64,000 nucleotides of DNA from Thermoanaerobaculia bacterium. GTDB lineage: Bacteria; Acidobacteriota; Thermoanaerobaculia; Multivoradales; UBA5704. The notes below the pieces were generated by a model, which made no database searches, was not told the DNA's origin, and saw nothing but the letters and a program-made list of their open reading frames with translations. The first letter of the stretch is position 1. The number at the start of each line of letters is the position of its first letter. A program made the position numbers and the translations under genes. Positions 19,394 through 28,869 of the stretch are shown piece by piece. The stretch lies in NCBI GenBank assembly GCA_044226625.1, contig JBGAGQ010000021.1:24460-88459 (forward strand), given 5' to 3'.

Positions 19394-21697
19394 TCAGACC
19401 GCCTGAGCCTCCTTTTCGTAGCCACCATACGATTCGTAGTACCGGGTCTTCCGACCGTACCGCGCCGCCTCCGACCGATGGCGGTTCAGCACGACACCCA
19501 GGATGCGAAGCTCGGCCATGCGCAGACGCTCCGCACAATCCTTGGCGTCGACCCGCGTGACCTTGCCCGCGCGGAAGGTGAGGACCAGCCCGTCGGACAG
19601 CGCGCCGACGATCGTTGCGTCGGTGACCGCGAGCGACGGCGGGGTATCGACGATCACATAGTCGAAACGAGAGCGCATGGCGTTCAGCCATTCGCGCATT
19701 CGGTCGGACGACAAGAGCTCGGACGGGTTTGGCGGGATCGGCCCCGAGGGGATCAGCCAGAGATTCGGCACGCCGGTTTCGGTGAACACCGCCTCGGGCT
19801 CGACCGCGCCAGTGAGCTGGTTGACCAGCCCCGTCCGATTCGAGACTCGGAACACCTGGTGCATGCGCGGCTTGCGCAGGTCGGCGTCGACGATCAGTAC
19901 CCGACGGCCGAGCTGGGCGAGAACCACCCCGAGGTTCGAAGCGGTGGCGGTTTTGCCCTCCCCCGCCGACGCCGAAGTGACCGCGATCACCTTGAGCTCC
20001 TCGGCGGTCGACAGCAGCAGCGAGGTGCGTAGCGAACGGTAGACCTCCGAGATCGGGGAGCGAGGCCGCTCGTGCGGCACCAGCTCAATCTGCTCCCGCT
20101 CTCCGACCGCCGCGCGCTCCCTTTCGGCCCCCGACTTGCCCCCGCCTTTGCCTCCCTCGGAAGCCTTCGCTCGGCGGCTTCCCTTCTTCAGGTCGACGCC
20201 ATAGCCATATCCGTAGCCATAGGCGCGCCCGGTTTCCGAGATGTCGGGCACCACCGCGAGCGTCGGCAGCTTGAGACGGCGCTCGATCTCCTCCGGAGAC
20301 TTGATCGTCCGGTCGAGGAACTCGATCAGGAACGCGATACCCACGCCGAGCAACAAACCGAACAACAACCCATAGGTGACGTCCTGCCGCAGCGAAGGCC
20401 GGAACGGTCCGCCGGGAAGGAGCGCGGAGTCGATGATCCGGATGTTGGAGTCCCGGGTTCCCTGGAGACGCGCCGCGACCTCGGTCTCGGACTGTTTCTT
20501 GAGCAGCTCGTCGAACATCTGCCGGCGAGTCTCGATCTCCACCTTGAGGTTCGTGTACTCGACCGCCGCCGAGCTCTGATTGATCGCCTCGCCCTTGGTC
20601 CTCTCGACCTCGGCGCCGAGCGTCTGCTCCTGCCGTGAGGCGGTCTGGTACTCGGCGAACGCGTCGCTGCGCGCCCTCGCGCCCATCTCCTCGATGACCG
20701 AACGGAGATGCTGCTGCCCTTTGTCGATCTCCGCCTTGAGCGAGACCATGGCCGGCCAGTCGGGCTTGTAGGTTTTGAGCTTGGTCTCGTACTCGCGCTC
20801 CAGCTTGAGCTGGTTCGAACGGAGCTCGGAGACCACGCCTCCGCCAAGGCTGTCGGCCACCGAATCCTTCGCCGCGAGCTGCAGCTCGTGGTACCGCGCC
20901 TCCTTCTCGATCCGCAGACGCTTGGCACCCAGGTAGTCGCTGTTGAGCGTCTCCAGGCGCTTGAGCACGTCGTTCGACGCCGGATCGACACCTCCCACGA
21001 TGTCGCTCGTGCGGCTGAACTTCTGGAGCTCGTTCTCTTTCTGTTGGATCTCGGCCTTGAGCGTCTCGATCTGCGAGGAGAGGAACGACGAAGCCTTGCC
21101 CGCCGATGTGTAGCGGTCTTCGATCCCGAGATCGATGTAGGCCTCGGCGAAAGCGTTCGCGACCCGGGCGGCGTACGCGGGGTCTTTCGACCGATAGCCG
21201 ATCCGGACCAGCGAGGTGCCGCGGATGGGGTCGACCGCGAGCCCCCCGAGCAGACCCTGGGCGGCCGCACCCAGGGCCGCCGCGTCATCCGCCGCGCTCG
21301 CGGGCGCCGCCCGCGGACCGGCACCCGCGCTCGGCCCATCGCCGCGGACGTGCGTGAGGTCGAGGTTGCGCACCACGCGCTCGGCCAGGCCGCGGCTACG
21401 CAAGAGCTCGTACTGGGTGGGGTAGAACTCGATGTTCCAATAGTTGTCCCAGGTGTTCTGATCCGAGAGGACCGGCGCCGCGCTCTTGCGTTCGATCTGC
21501 ACCGTGGCGGTCGCCATGTACTCCTTCGGCGTCACCAGGTAATGGGCGATTCCCAGGGCGAGAAACGTCGCGGCGCAAGCGCCGATCAGCCGCCAATGGC
21601 GGCGCAGCATGCCGATGTATTCGGCGATGTCGAACTCGGATTCCGCTGGCTCTTCGACCAGATCGAGAGCCGGATCCCGATACGGCAGATTTTTCAA
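19394..21697 (-). CDS. wzc: Polysaccharide co-polymerase / BY-kinase (Wzc/GumC family)
   Basis: Two TM helices flanking a coiled-coil periplasmic region; Walker A GEGKT, DADLRKP, PPNPSELL, DTPP; C-terminal Tyr cluster. Confidence 0.93.
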   Translation of the reverse strand: MKNLPYRDPALDLVEEPAESEFDIAEYIGMLRRHWRLIGACAATFLALGIAHYLVTPKEYMATATVQIERKSAAPVLSDQNTWDNYWNIEFYPTQYELLRSRGLAERVVRNLDLTHVRGDGPSAGAGPRAAPASAADDAAALGAAAQGLLGGLAVDPIRGTSLVRIGYRSKDPAYAARVANAFAEAYIDLGIEDRYTSAGKASSFLSSQIETLKAEIQQKENELQKFSRTSDIVGGVDPASNDVLKRLETLNSDYLGAKRLRIEKEARYHELQLAAKDSVADSLGGGVVSELRSNQLKLEREYETKLKTYKPDWPAMVSLKAEIDKGQQHLRSVIEEMGARARSDAFAEYQTASRQEQTLGAEVERTKGEAINQSSAAVEYTNLKVEIETRRQMFDELLKKQSETEVAARLQGTRDSNIRIIDSALLPGGPFRPSLRQDVTYGLLFGLLLGVGIAFLIEFLDRTIKSPEEIERRLKLPTLAVVPDISETGRAYGYGYGYGVDLKKGSRRAKASEGGKGGGKSGAERERAAVGEREQIELVPHERPRSPISEVYRSLRTSLLLSTAEELKVIAVTSASAGEGKTATASNLGVVLAQLGRRVLIVDADLRKPRMHQVFRVSNRTGLVNQLTGAVEPEAVFTETGVPNLWLIPSGPIPPNPSELLSSDRMREWLNAMRSRFDYVIVDTPPSLAVTDATIVGALSDGLVLTFRAGKVTRVDAKDCAERLRMAELRILGVVLNRHRSEAARYGRKTRYYESYGGYEKEAQAV

Positions 21698-22533
21698 AAA
21701 AAGGACTCCTTCGCCACCAGCACGTCTCCTTCGAGCAACGCGATGTCCTGATCCTTCCCCGCGAGGATCCGCTTGTAATCGGCCGTGATCTCACGCGGCC
21801 CACCGGCAGTCCGCTTGATCGTCACGCGGCTCGCCGCGCGATCCGTGAGGCCGCCGGCCCGCGCGATCGCCGCGAGCAGGGTAATCCGGTCGGTGCTCTT
21901 GAACTCCAGAGCCCCCGGCCGGGCCACCTCGCCAAGACAGTAGATCGTCACCTGGACCGCGGTCGGGACGTTGATCAGGTCGCTCGCCAGGATCGGGATG
22001 TTGACCCGCGGGTCGGCGCGTACCAGGAGATCGGTGACGTCGATCGCAACCTGGTCAGAAAGCCCGTTGTCCGCCTTGCGCAAGACGTAGATCCGGTTGC
22101 CGTGGTTCTCGGTCAGACCGCCGGCGGCGGTCAGCGCTTCGATCAGCGTCCAGCGTCCCGAGAATGCCAAATTTCCCGGGCTCTTGACGGCGCCGATCAC
22201 CGAAATCGGCCGCGAGCGGAATTCCGTGACCTCGATCGAGGTGGACGCGCGCTGAACGTATTTCGCCTCGAGCAGCGCCTTCAGGCGAGCCGCCAGCTCT
22301 TCCTCAGTCAACCCTCCCGCGGGCACGTCGCCGATCAGCGGCAGGTTGATCGTGCCGTTTTCATTCACCCGGCGATCGACGTTTAGCTCCGGAACCTCAT
22401 AGACCTGCACGCGAAGAAGGTCTTTCGGACCGATGCGGTAGCCCGGGTTTTTCGACTGGGCGCCAGCGATCGTCGCCCAGAACGCGAGGGCGAGAAACGA
22501 CAGCAAGAAAGGCGTCCGTAAGGTCTGGCGCAT
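21694..22533 (-). CDS. wza: Polysaccharide export OPX protein (PES + SLBB domains), short form
   Basis: YRIGPKD...G.INLPLIG PES motif and two SLBB repeats; ends KESFF with no long amphipathic OM helix. Confidence 0.88.
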   Translation of the reverse strand: MRQTLRTPFLLSFLALAFWATIAGAQSKNPGYRIGPKDLLRVQVYEVPELNVDRRVNENGTINLPLIGDVPAGGLTEEELAARLKALLEAKYVQRASTSIEVTEFRSRPISVIGAVKSPGNLAFSGRWTLIEALTAAGGLTENHGNRIYVLRKADNGLSDQVAIDVTDLLVRADPRVNIPILASDLINVPTAVQVTIYCLGEVARPGALEFKSTDRITLLAAIARAGGLTDRAASRVTIKRTAGGPREITADYKRILAGKDQDIALLEGDVLVAKESFF

Positions 22534-22748
22534 GGTCGACCGGATCGTGTCTATTGCATTCTCGGGCGCATTATCAGGCGCATCGGCGCTTCACGGGTTT
22601 CGGGCGCGCGATCGAAGGGTTGGGGGCGCGGGACTCGGCATCCTTGGCATTGTGCCGCAAACCTGACGTTTCAATTCAAATTCTATGCCCGAATCTCCCC
22701 GAACGCCAAAAGATGCGGGGGCGATTTGCACCAGCGACCACCCCTCGC

Positions 22749-24071
22749 CTACCAACCCGTTTCACCTCCGCGAAATGTGATGCCGGCGCCCACCGTCGTG
22801 ACCGTGCGGTCGAAGCCCGGCAGATCCGACGTCAAATCGAGCCGGCTGAACCGCAGACCGAGGGAGGACGCCCGTCCGGTCACCAGATCGAGCGAAGCGC
22901 CGTACGCGAGGAGATCGTCGCGCCGCTCCGGCGTGCCCGGGGTCGCCACCTGGTAGTCGTTGCGCCCGGTTTCGACGAAAACGCGGGCGGAGGTCCGCGA
23001 GCTCGCCTTGAACTCGAGTGCCCCGCCGATCCGATCGTCCTTCAGGTAGGAGTAGCCGGAAGCGAGCGTGTAGACGATCCCCCGGCTTCCGTAGACGAAG
23101 CTCGTGAGGCGATGACCGATGTCGAAACCCGCCGTGAGCTTCGCGGTGGTCGAATCGAACGGCACAAAGCTGGAGCCCGGCCGTGGGTCCGCCGAGCGGG
23201 AAGCGATCTCGATATCGAAGAAACGACGGTCGTTCTGCTGGCGCAACTGGAGGAACGGTGAGGTGCCCTCGCTCGAACGGTCCACGCTGCCGGGGGATTT
23301 GACGAAGTCGATGATCGCGCGCTCCGCCCCGAGACCGATCGAAAAACCGCGCGGCAGGCTGTAACGCGCGCCGGCTCGCACGAGGGTCTCGTCGCGATCG
23401 AAACGGTCGAACGGCGCCTCGCCCGCGGCCAACGAAACGTCGGTGCGCAAGGCGACCTCGTCAGCCCCCGCGAAGACGGAGATCCGATCCGTGACCTGGA
23501 GATCGAGAAGCACCGCACCTCGTGTGACCTTCGGCCGGGCGAGGATTGCGACCTCCGGAGAGAGGAATGCCTGCTCGGCCGTCCGCTCGCCGGTCGCCTG
23601 GACCGTGAGGCGATTGAAGAATGCGAAGGCCCCGACGCCGTAACGCCCGCCGAGGCGCCGGCGATCCGCGGTCTTCTGCCACCAGACGTATTCGGGCAGC
23701 GCGCGCACGACCCAGTAGACCTTGGGGCCGGTATGGAAATACGCCCGGACGCCCGCGCCCATCGACGCCGTGATGTCGCCTTCTTTGCCGCCCCCGCTCT
23801 CGCCGAACGCGTTGTCGACGTATTGGATGTCGCGAAGCTCCCACCAGGGAGCGATTTTCACCGGACCGAGATGCCATCGGGCCTCGTCAGCCGCCTTGTC
23901 GAGCTGACCCTTCCGATCAGCGGGCGGCTGAACCACCCCCCCCGGAGGTTTATACTCGTCGAATTGCGCCAATACAGGGGCCGCGCTCGACGCCGCTCCG
24001 AAGAAAACGAGGAGAGCGAGCAGACGGCCGAACGGCCGGCGGTTCGGGGTTTGGAGCTCTTGCACGGCCAC
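22749..24071 (-). CDS. Outer-membrane beta-barrel protein associated with polysaccharide export
   Basis: Signal peptide, alternating amphipathic beta-strands, terminal strand TVGAGITF; directly upstream of wza. Confidence 0.72.
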   Translation of the reverse strand: MAVQELQTPNRRPFGRLLALLVFFGAASSAAPVLAQFDEYKPPGGVVQPPADRKGQLDKAADEARWHLGPVKIAPWWELRDIQYVDNAFGESGGGKEGDITASMGAGVRAYFHTGPKVYWVVRALPEYVWWQKTADRRRLGGRYGVGAFAFFNRLTVQATGERTAEQAFLSPEVAILARPKVTRGAVLLDLQVTDRISVFAGADEVALRTDVSLAAGEAPFDRFDRDETLVRAGARYSLPRGFSIGLGAERAIIDFVKSPGSVDRSSEGTSPFLQLRQQNDRRFFDIEIASRSADPRPGSSFVPFDSTTAKLTAGFDIGHRLTSFVYGSRGIVYTLASGYSYLKDDRIGGALEFKASSRTSARVFVETGRNDYQVATPGTPERRDDLLAYGASLDLVTGRASSLGLRFSRLDLTSDLPGFDRTVTTVGAGITFRGGETGW

Positions 24072-24131
24072 CTCCGACCCCGGATCTCAACCGGCGGCCG
24101 GCCGCCCGGGCGTCTTGGGAACGATCTTCTG

Positions 24132-25613
24132 ATGATACGCCAAGCGGAATGGCTGGTGGCCGGTGCGCTCGCGCTCCTCCTGATCTGGGCGCCCATCCCC
24201 TTCGGCAGCGTGACCCCGATCGCCGAGGCGACGCTCTCGATCGCCGTCTTCCTGATCTTCGCGCTGTCGCTCGCGGGAGCCGAGGCGCCCGGAGCTCTCC
24301 GGCGCTCCGTCTGGCCGATCGGCGCGCTCGTCGGCATCGGCTTCTGGGGGACGCTCCAGGCGCTGCCTTGGCCGCGAGCGTTTGCCCGGCTCGTCTCGCC
24401 GGAGCACGTCCGGCTGTTCGACTCCGCCCGCCAGCTACTGGGCTTGCCCTCCGGATCCGTCCCGCTCTCGCTTTCGGCCGGAGAGTCGTTGCGGACAGCG
24501 CTCGCTTTCGCGGTCGCCGCGGCGGCCTTTCTTGCCGCCGCGGCTTGCGGGCGCGACCGGAGGCATCGCCGCCTGCTCGCCTTCGGGCTGGTCGCCTCGG
24601 CGATTTTCCAGGTGCTCTACGGCGCCCGGCGCTGGTTCGCCCACTCGAACGAGATCTGGGGTCGCGAGGTCCCAGGGACGAGCGAGCGCCTGCGCGGCAC
24701 CTTCGTCAATCCGAACCACCTGGCGTTCTTCCTAGGCCTCGCCCTGCCGGCCGTGTTCGCCTGGGGATGGTGGTCGTTCCGCCGGGCGCGCGAGGAGATC
24801 CAGATCGAACGGCGGGTGCTTCTCCTGGCGCCACCGATCATCGTCTGGCTGCTCCTGTTCTCGGGTCTCGCCTTCACCGGCTCCCGCGCGGGAATGCTCG
24901 CTTCGTTGATCGCGGTGGTGGCCCAGGGCGCCCTTCTCGCGGCAGGGGAGAAGAAGCGCCGCTGGATCGCCGCCGGCGCCCTCGCCGCGGCGACCGGGCT
25001 GATCGTGGTCGCGGCGATCGGCCGCCAGGAGGGTCTCGGGCGTCTGATCGGCCTGTCGAGCGGCGCGGGCGCGCGGATCGAAGCCTGGCGCGCGACGCTC
25101 GAGCTGATCCGCCGTTTCCCCTTCGCGGGGAGCGGCCTGGGCTCGTTTCGCGAGGCGTTTCCCCTCGTCCAGCCCGCGTCCCTCCCGGGAACCTGGCGCC
25201 ACGCCCATAGCGATCTGCTGGAGCTGCTTGCGACCGCCGGGGTGATCGGCGCCGTATTGGGCGGCATCGCACTCGTCCGGCTGGTTCCACGCCTGCTCTC
25301 CGTTTTCCACCGGGGGCGGCGCTCGGAGGACCGGGCGGCCGCGCTCGCGGCGTTCGGCGCTCTATGCGCCGCAGGGCTTCATGAGCTGGTCGACTTCAGC
25401 TTGACCCTTCCGGCCAACAGCTTGGCCGCCGCGGTCCTATTCGGCGCGGCCCTCTCCAGCCGGCGGAGCGAGAAGGCGCACCGCGGCGGGCGGAACGGGG
25501 CCGCCGTTGATCGACGCGAGCTCGAACAGATGAAGACCCGGCGAGATTCGGACCGGGACCTTGAGCGTCTCGTGGGACGTTGCGACGAAGGTGCCGACGA
25601 AGCTTCCGTCTAA
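24132..25613 (+). CDS. O-antigen ligase/Wzy_C family membrane protein
   Basis: GTFVNPNHLA, TGSRAG, R...W, GSGLGSF, HAHSD motifs. Confidence 0.88.
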   Translation: MIRQAEWLVAGALALLLIWAPIPFGSVTPIAEATLSIAVFLIFALSLAGAEAPGALRRSVWPIGALVGIGFWGTLQALPWPRAFARLVSPEHVRLFDSARQLLGLPSGSVPLSLSAGESLRTALAFAVAAAAFLAAAACGRDRRHRRLLAFGLVASAIFQVLYGARRWFAHSNEIWGREVPGTSERLRGTFVNPNHLAFFLGLALPAVFAWGWWSFRRAREEIQIERRVLLLAPPIIVWLLLFSGLAFTGSRAGMLASLIAVVAQGALLAAGEKKRRWIAAGALAAATGLIVVAAIGRQEGLGRLIGLSSGAGARIEAWRATLELIRRFPFAGSGLGSFREAFPLVQPASLPGTWRHAHSDLLELLATAGVIGAVLGGIALVRLVPRLLSVFHRGRRSEDRAAALAAFGALCAAGLHELVDFSLTLPANSLAAAVLFGAALSSRRSEKAHRGGRNGAAVDRRELEQMKTRRDSDRDLERLVGRCDEGADEASV

Positions 25614-27023
25614 CCGGATCTCGACGACGGCGCTCCCCGTGTCGAAGCTCGGGACCTCGACCGAGATCCCGGCGGCGGTCCGCGAGGCGACCAGCTCCAG
25701 CCGGAGGCGTCCGCGCCGTTCCACCCAGGCCCCCGCCGACCACGTCTCGGCCGACCGCAGACGGAGGCTGTCGGAATTCGGGGGCTCGTCGAGGGGGGGC
25801 AACGGTACGGCGAAATCTCCGCCGGCTTGACGCTCGAGGCTCCGAGCGAGCTCGTCGTCCCCCGCGGCGCGGGCCACGGACGCCGCCTTCGCCGGATCCC
25901 CCTCTCCCGACAGCCTCGCGAGACGGGAGAGCGACGCCGAGCCGATGGGACAACGGCCATACCGGCAACGGTCGAGGATCCAATCGAGCGATTCGGCCAG
26001 CGATTTGGCGGTCGCCACGCCCACTCGGCCGGCGGGGCTCTCGTCGAGCGCCCGGGCGAGCAGCGTCTCGCCGGAATCGGAGTCACCGGCCTGGGCGACC
26101 ACCGCGAGATAGCGCTCGCGGCCGCCGTCCACGTTACCGCGCCGTACCTCGCGCCTCGCTTCCTCCAGGGTCACCGAAAGGCGGCCGGAGAGCGCATGCC
26201 GAAACCGAACGCGTGCATCCCGCATCGCCTGCCAATCGCGGCGTTGAGCATAGACCTCACGAGCCAGTGCCCAGGCGTCCGGATCCTCCGGGATCGCGGT
26301 GAAGGCGAGGCGACGATCCCCGGCCGCGGCCAACCACGCGGGCAAGAGATCCTGACGCGCGTACAGGTCGGCCAGGCTGCGGCGAATCAGCCCGAGCGCG
26401 ACCCGACGTTTCTCTGGCGACAGCACGGGCCAGAGGCGAGTATAGGCGTGGGCGAGCAACACCTCGGGCTCGAACCGCCCCGGAGCGAGCTGCCGGGCGA
26501 CCTCCATCGGCGCTTCCCAATCGCGAAACTTCCGGATCAACCGATCGTCCTCCGTTCGAAGACGGCCGACGAATGTGGCGCCGCCGATCACCAGGGGGCC
26601 CTCCCAGGCGGCCGGCCGCGCGGCGAACGAGCTCGCGGCCCTCTCCGACGCGGCAGCCATCCGGCGCGCGCTCGCGGCGGCGTCCGACCGGGCGGCGGGC
26701 GAGCCGGGGGCAACGTCGGGTGGCCGGCGCGAGAGCTCCGCTGCGAAGACACCCCGTGCGGCGCGCAGCCGCACGCGCAGCGGATCGGCCTCGCGATCGA
26801 CCTCGGCGAAGAGGCGCTCTGGCAGTTCGAGCGTCGAGCCCGCGAGAAACTCGCGAGCACGCTCCTGCTCCGCGAGCCAAACTCGCGCTGAAAACGCCGA
26901 CGCCACAGCGAGGCCGAGCGCCGTCAGGGCCAGCGCGGCTCGAAGCGCGCCCAAGCTGGGGTACCGATCGGCGGGAAGGCCGGCACCGGACGAAGATCTC
27001 GAAGAGGAAGCCGGGAAGGGCAT
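25437..27023 (-). CDS. Hypothetical membrane-anchored helical-repeat protein
   Basis: N-terminal TM, TPR-like helices, C-terminal beta domain; converges on and overlaps the ligase gene by 177 bp. Confidence 0.6.
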   Translation of the reverse strand: MPFPASSSRSSSGAGLPADRYPSLGALRAALALTALGLAVASAFSARVWLAEQERAREFLAGSTLELPERLFAEVDREADPLRVRLRAARGVFAAELSRRPPDVAPGSPAARSDAAASARRMAAASERAASSFAARPAAWEGPLVIGGATFVGRLRTEDDRLIRKFRDWEAPMEVARQLAPGRFEPEVLLAHAYTRLWPVLSPEKRRVALGLIRRSLADLYARQDLLPAWLAAAGDRRLAFTAIPEDPDAWALAREVYAQRRDWQAMRDARVRFRHALSGRLSVTLEEARREVRRGNVDGGRERYLAVVAQAGDSDSGETLLARALDESPAGRVGVATAKSLAESLDWILDRCRYGRCPIGSASLSRLARLSGEGDPAKAASVARAAGDDELARSLERQAGGDFAVPLPPLDEPPNSDSLRLRSAETWSAGAWVERRGRLRLELVASRTAAGISVEVPSFDTGSAVVEIRLDGSFVGTFVATSHETLKVPVRISPGLHLFELASINGGPVPPAAVRLLAPPAGEGRAE

Positions 27024-27051
27024 GGGATTTGACGTCGCTATAGTAACGAAG

Positions 27052-27483
27052 ATGCACTTCGCCCCTTCATCCCTTCTTCGGCGCGCGACGACGGGCGCCC
27101 GATCCGCTCACTGGCTGTCCGGCGCGGCCGGAGTCGTGGTCGGCGCACTCCTCCTCGCTCCGGCTCCGTCGGGGCCTCCAGCCTGGATCGCCGAACAGAT
27201 GCCGAGCTTTCTGGTCAGCCAAATCGACAAAGCCGTTCACGTCGGCCTCTTTTTCGCCCTCGCCGGGATCTGGTTCCGCTCGTTCGAGCGCCTGCCCGGC
27301 TGGCGTCGGCCGGTCGCCATGGCGGTGGGGCTCGCAGTCGGATACGGCGTGCTGCTGGAGCTTCTGCAGGGTCTCACCCCCGACCGGGCTCCATCGCTGG
27401 CCGATGCTCTGGCCGATCTGTTCGGGGCGTCGCTGCTCGGACTGCTCGCGTGGCGATTCCATCGGCCTCAGGAGTCGACGTGA
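27052..27483 (+). CDS. VanZ family membrane protein
   Basis: DKAVH...F, ELLQ...P.R..S..D..AD..G signature. Confidence 0.85.
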   Translation: MHFAPSSLLRRATTGARSAHWLSGAAGVVVGALLLAPAPSGPPAWIAEQMPSFLVSQIDKAVHVGLFFALAGIWFRSFERLPGWRRPVAMAVGLAVGYGVLLELLQGLTPDRAPSLADALADLFGASLLGLLAWRFHRPQEST

Positions 27484-28721
27484 GGCGGGCTGGGATCCGC
27501 TTCACCCCGCCTCACCTCGCGAGAGAGCTCGCCGTCCCGCTCGCTTGGATCCTTTCCCGCGCCTTCGGCCCTCCGCCCGCGCCGACGACCCAGCCGGTGC
27601 CGCTTCCCGCTCCCGAAACGGCGGTTCGGCTCGCTCGCCGGCTGGGCGTCTCGGCACGGATCGCGGCTCGGAACGACCGCGCGCGGCTCGTCGCGGAGCT
27701 CGGTGAGCCGGCCGCGGCCCTCCAATCCGACCTGCGCCAAAACGCGGCGGAGAACTTGCGGCTCGGTGCCGCTCTGGGCGCAGTCGCGGCGGCAAGCGCC
27801 CAGGCGGGAATCCCGATCGCTTTCCTCAAATATGCCGCACTCGACCTCTCCGGCTTCCTGTCCCGTTCCGGACGGAGCGCCTCGGACCTCGACGTGCTCG
27901 CGCCTGAGGGACGCGAGGGCGAGCTCTCCGGAGCGCTCGCCGATGCCGGCTTCGCGATCTCGCGCACCCCGGGCTACGAGCACCAGCTCCCTCCGCAGAT
28001 CCATCCCCAGCTTGGCGCACTCGAAGTCCATCGGATCGTCCTCGGCGTCCGGCCGAACCGGGAAACCGGCGACCGCCGCTCGGCGACGCTCGAGACCTTG
28101 CTTGCCTCCGGCCTCCTCCGCCGGGTCGACACTTTGCCGGGGGTGGTCTATCTGCCGGTCCCCGACATTCTCGCGGCCCACGCGATCGTTCACGGGATCG
28201 GCCAGCACGGATTCGAGCCGTCCGCCTATCCGGCGCTCCGGACGTTCGCCGACCTGCTCGATCTCGGAGTGAACGGCGACTCTGGTGCGGTCCGGAGGCT
28301 GCGCCTCGCCGGCTGGCTTGCCGAAGACGTGGCCGAAGAGGAGCTCGAGGCGGTCGCCGATCTCTGCGCGGGGCTCGGCTCAGGGAACGTTCAAGCGGTA
28401 ATGGCCGGGGACGGCCCTTCCTCACGTTTGCTCCGGCATGCGCTGGCGGGGCGCCTCGATACCGATTATGAGAGCGCTCTGAAGCTCTCGCTCCTCGCAC
28501 CCCGGCCGACCGAGCGGAGCCCCCTCGGCCGCAAGGGCGCGGCCCTGGTCGCCGCTCTCTTTCCTCCCGCCGACCAGCTCGACGCGATCTACGGCCCACC
28601 GTCCGGCCCCCTGGGACGCTTCGGCCGTCGGCTCTATCGCCCGCTCGATCTCCTCGCCCGGGCCGCCCGGAGCGCGGGTCGCTCGCGCCGCCTTGGCCGG
28701 GTCGATCGATCCGACCGTTGA
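27480..28721 (+). CDS. Uncharacterised nucleotidyltransferase family protein (NTP_transf_5-like)
   Basis: FLKYAAL...R..SDLDVL and LEVH motifs; GTGA overlap with the VanZ gene. Confidence 0.75.
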   Translation: MRRAGIRFTPPHLARELAVPLAWILSRAFGPPPAPTTQPVPLPAPETAVRLARRLGVSARIAARNDRARLVAELGEPAAALQSDLRQNAAENLRLGAALGAVAAASAQAGIPIAFLKYAALDLSGFLSRSGRSASDLDVLAPEGREGELSGALADAGFAISRTPGYEHQLPPQIHPQLGALEVHRIVLGVRPNRETGDRRSATLETLLASGLLRRVDTLPGVVYLPVPDILAAHAIVHGIGQHGFEPSAYPALRTFADLLDLGVNGDSGAVRRLRLAGWLAEDVAEEELEAVADLCAGLGSGNVQAVMAGDGPSSRLLRHALAGRLDTDYESALKLSLLAPRPTERSPLGRKGAALVAALFPPADQLDAIYGPPSGPLGRFGRRLYRPLDLLARAARSAGRSRRLGRVDRSDR

Positions 28722-28869
28722 TCCCATCGCCGACCCGCTCTTGGGCCGAGAGTGGTACCACCTGCGCCGGAGAGTCCCGGAGGTTGGGGGAGCCAAACCG
28801 CAGGACCGGCGGGATGGGTGAGACCGGGAAATCGGGGGACCAGGAAACGCTGCGATAGCATCGGACCGC

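Noticed and set aside
22675-22690. sigma54 promoter upstream of wza (GGGCATAGAATTTGAA on the minus strand)
   Set aside because: The -12 element reads GA rather than the near-invariant GC; too weak to call.
25437-25613. 177-bp convergent overlap as a dual-coding functional element
   Set aside because: The ligase tail after its last TM helix looks like unconstrained run-on into the opposite gene, which is common in GC-rich genomes.
27480-28721. Lasso-peptide/RiPP cluster suggested by the nucleotidyltransferase
   Set aside because: No lasso cyclase, B protein, PqqD or precursor nearby; the context is glycan biosynthesis.
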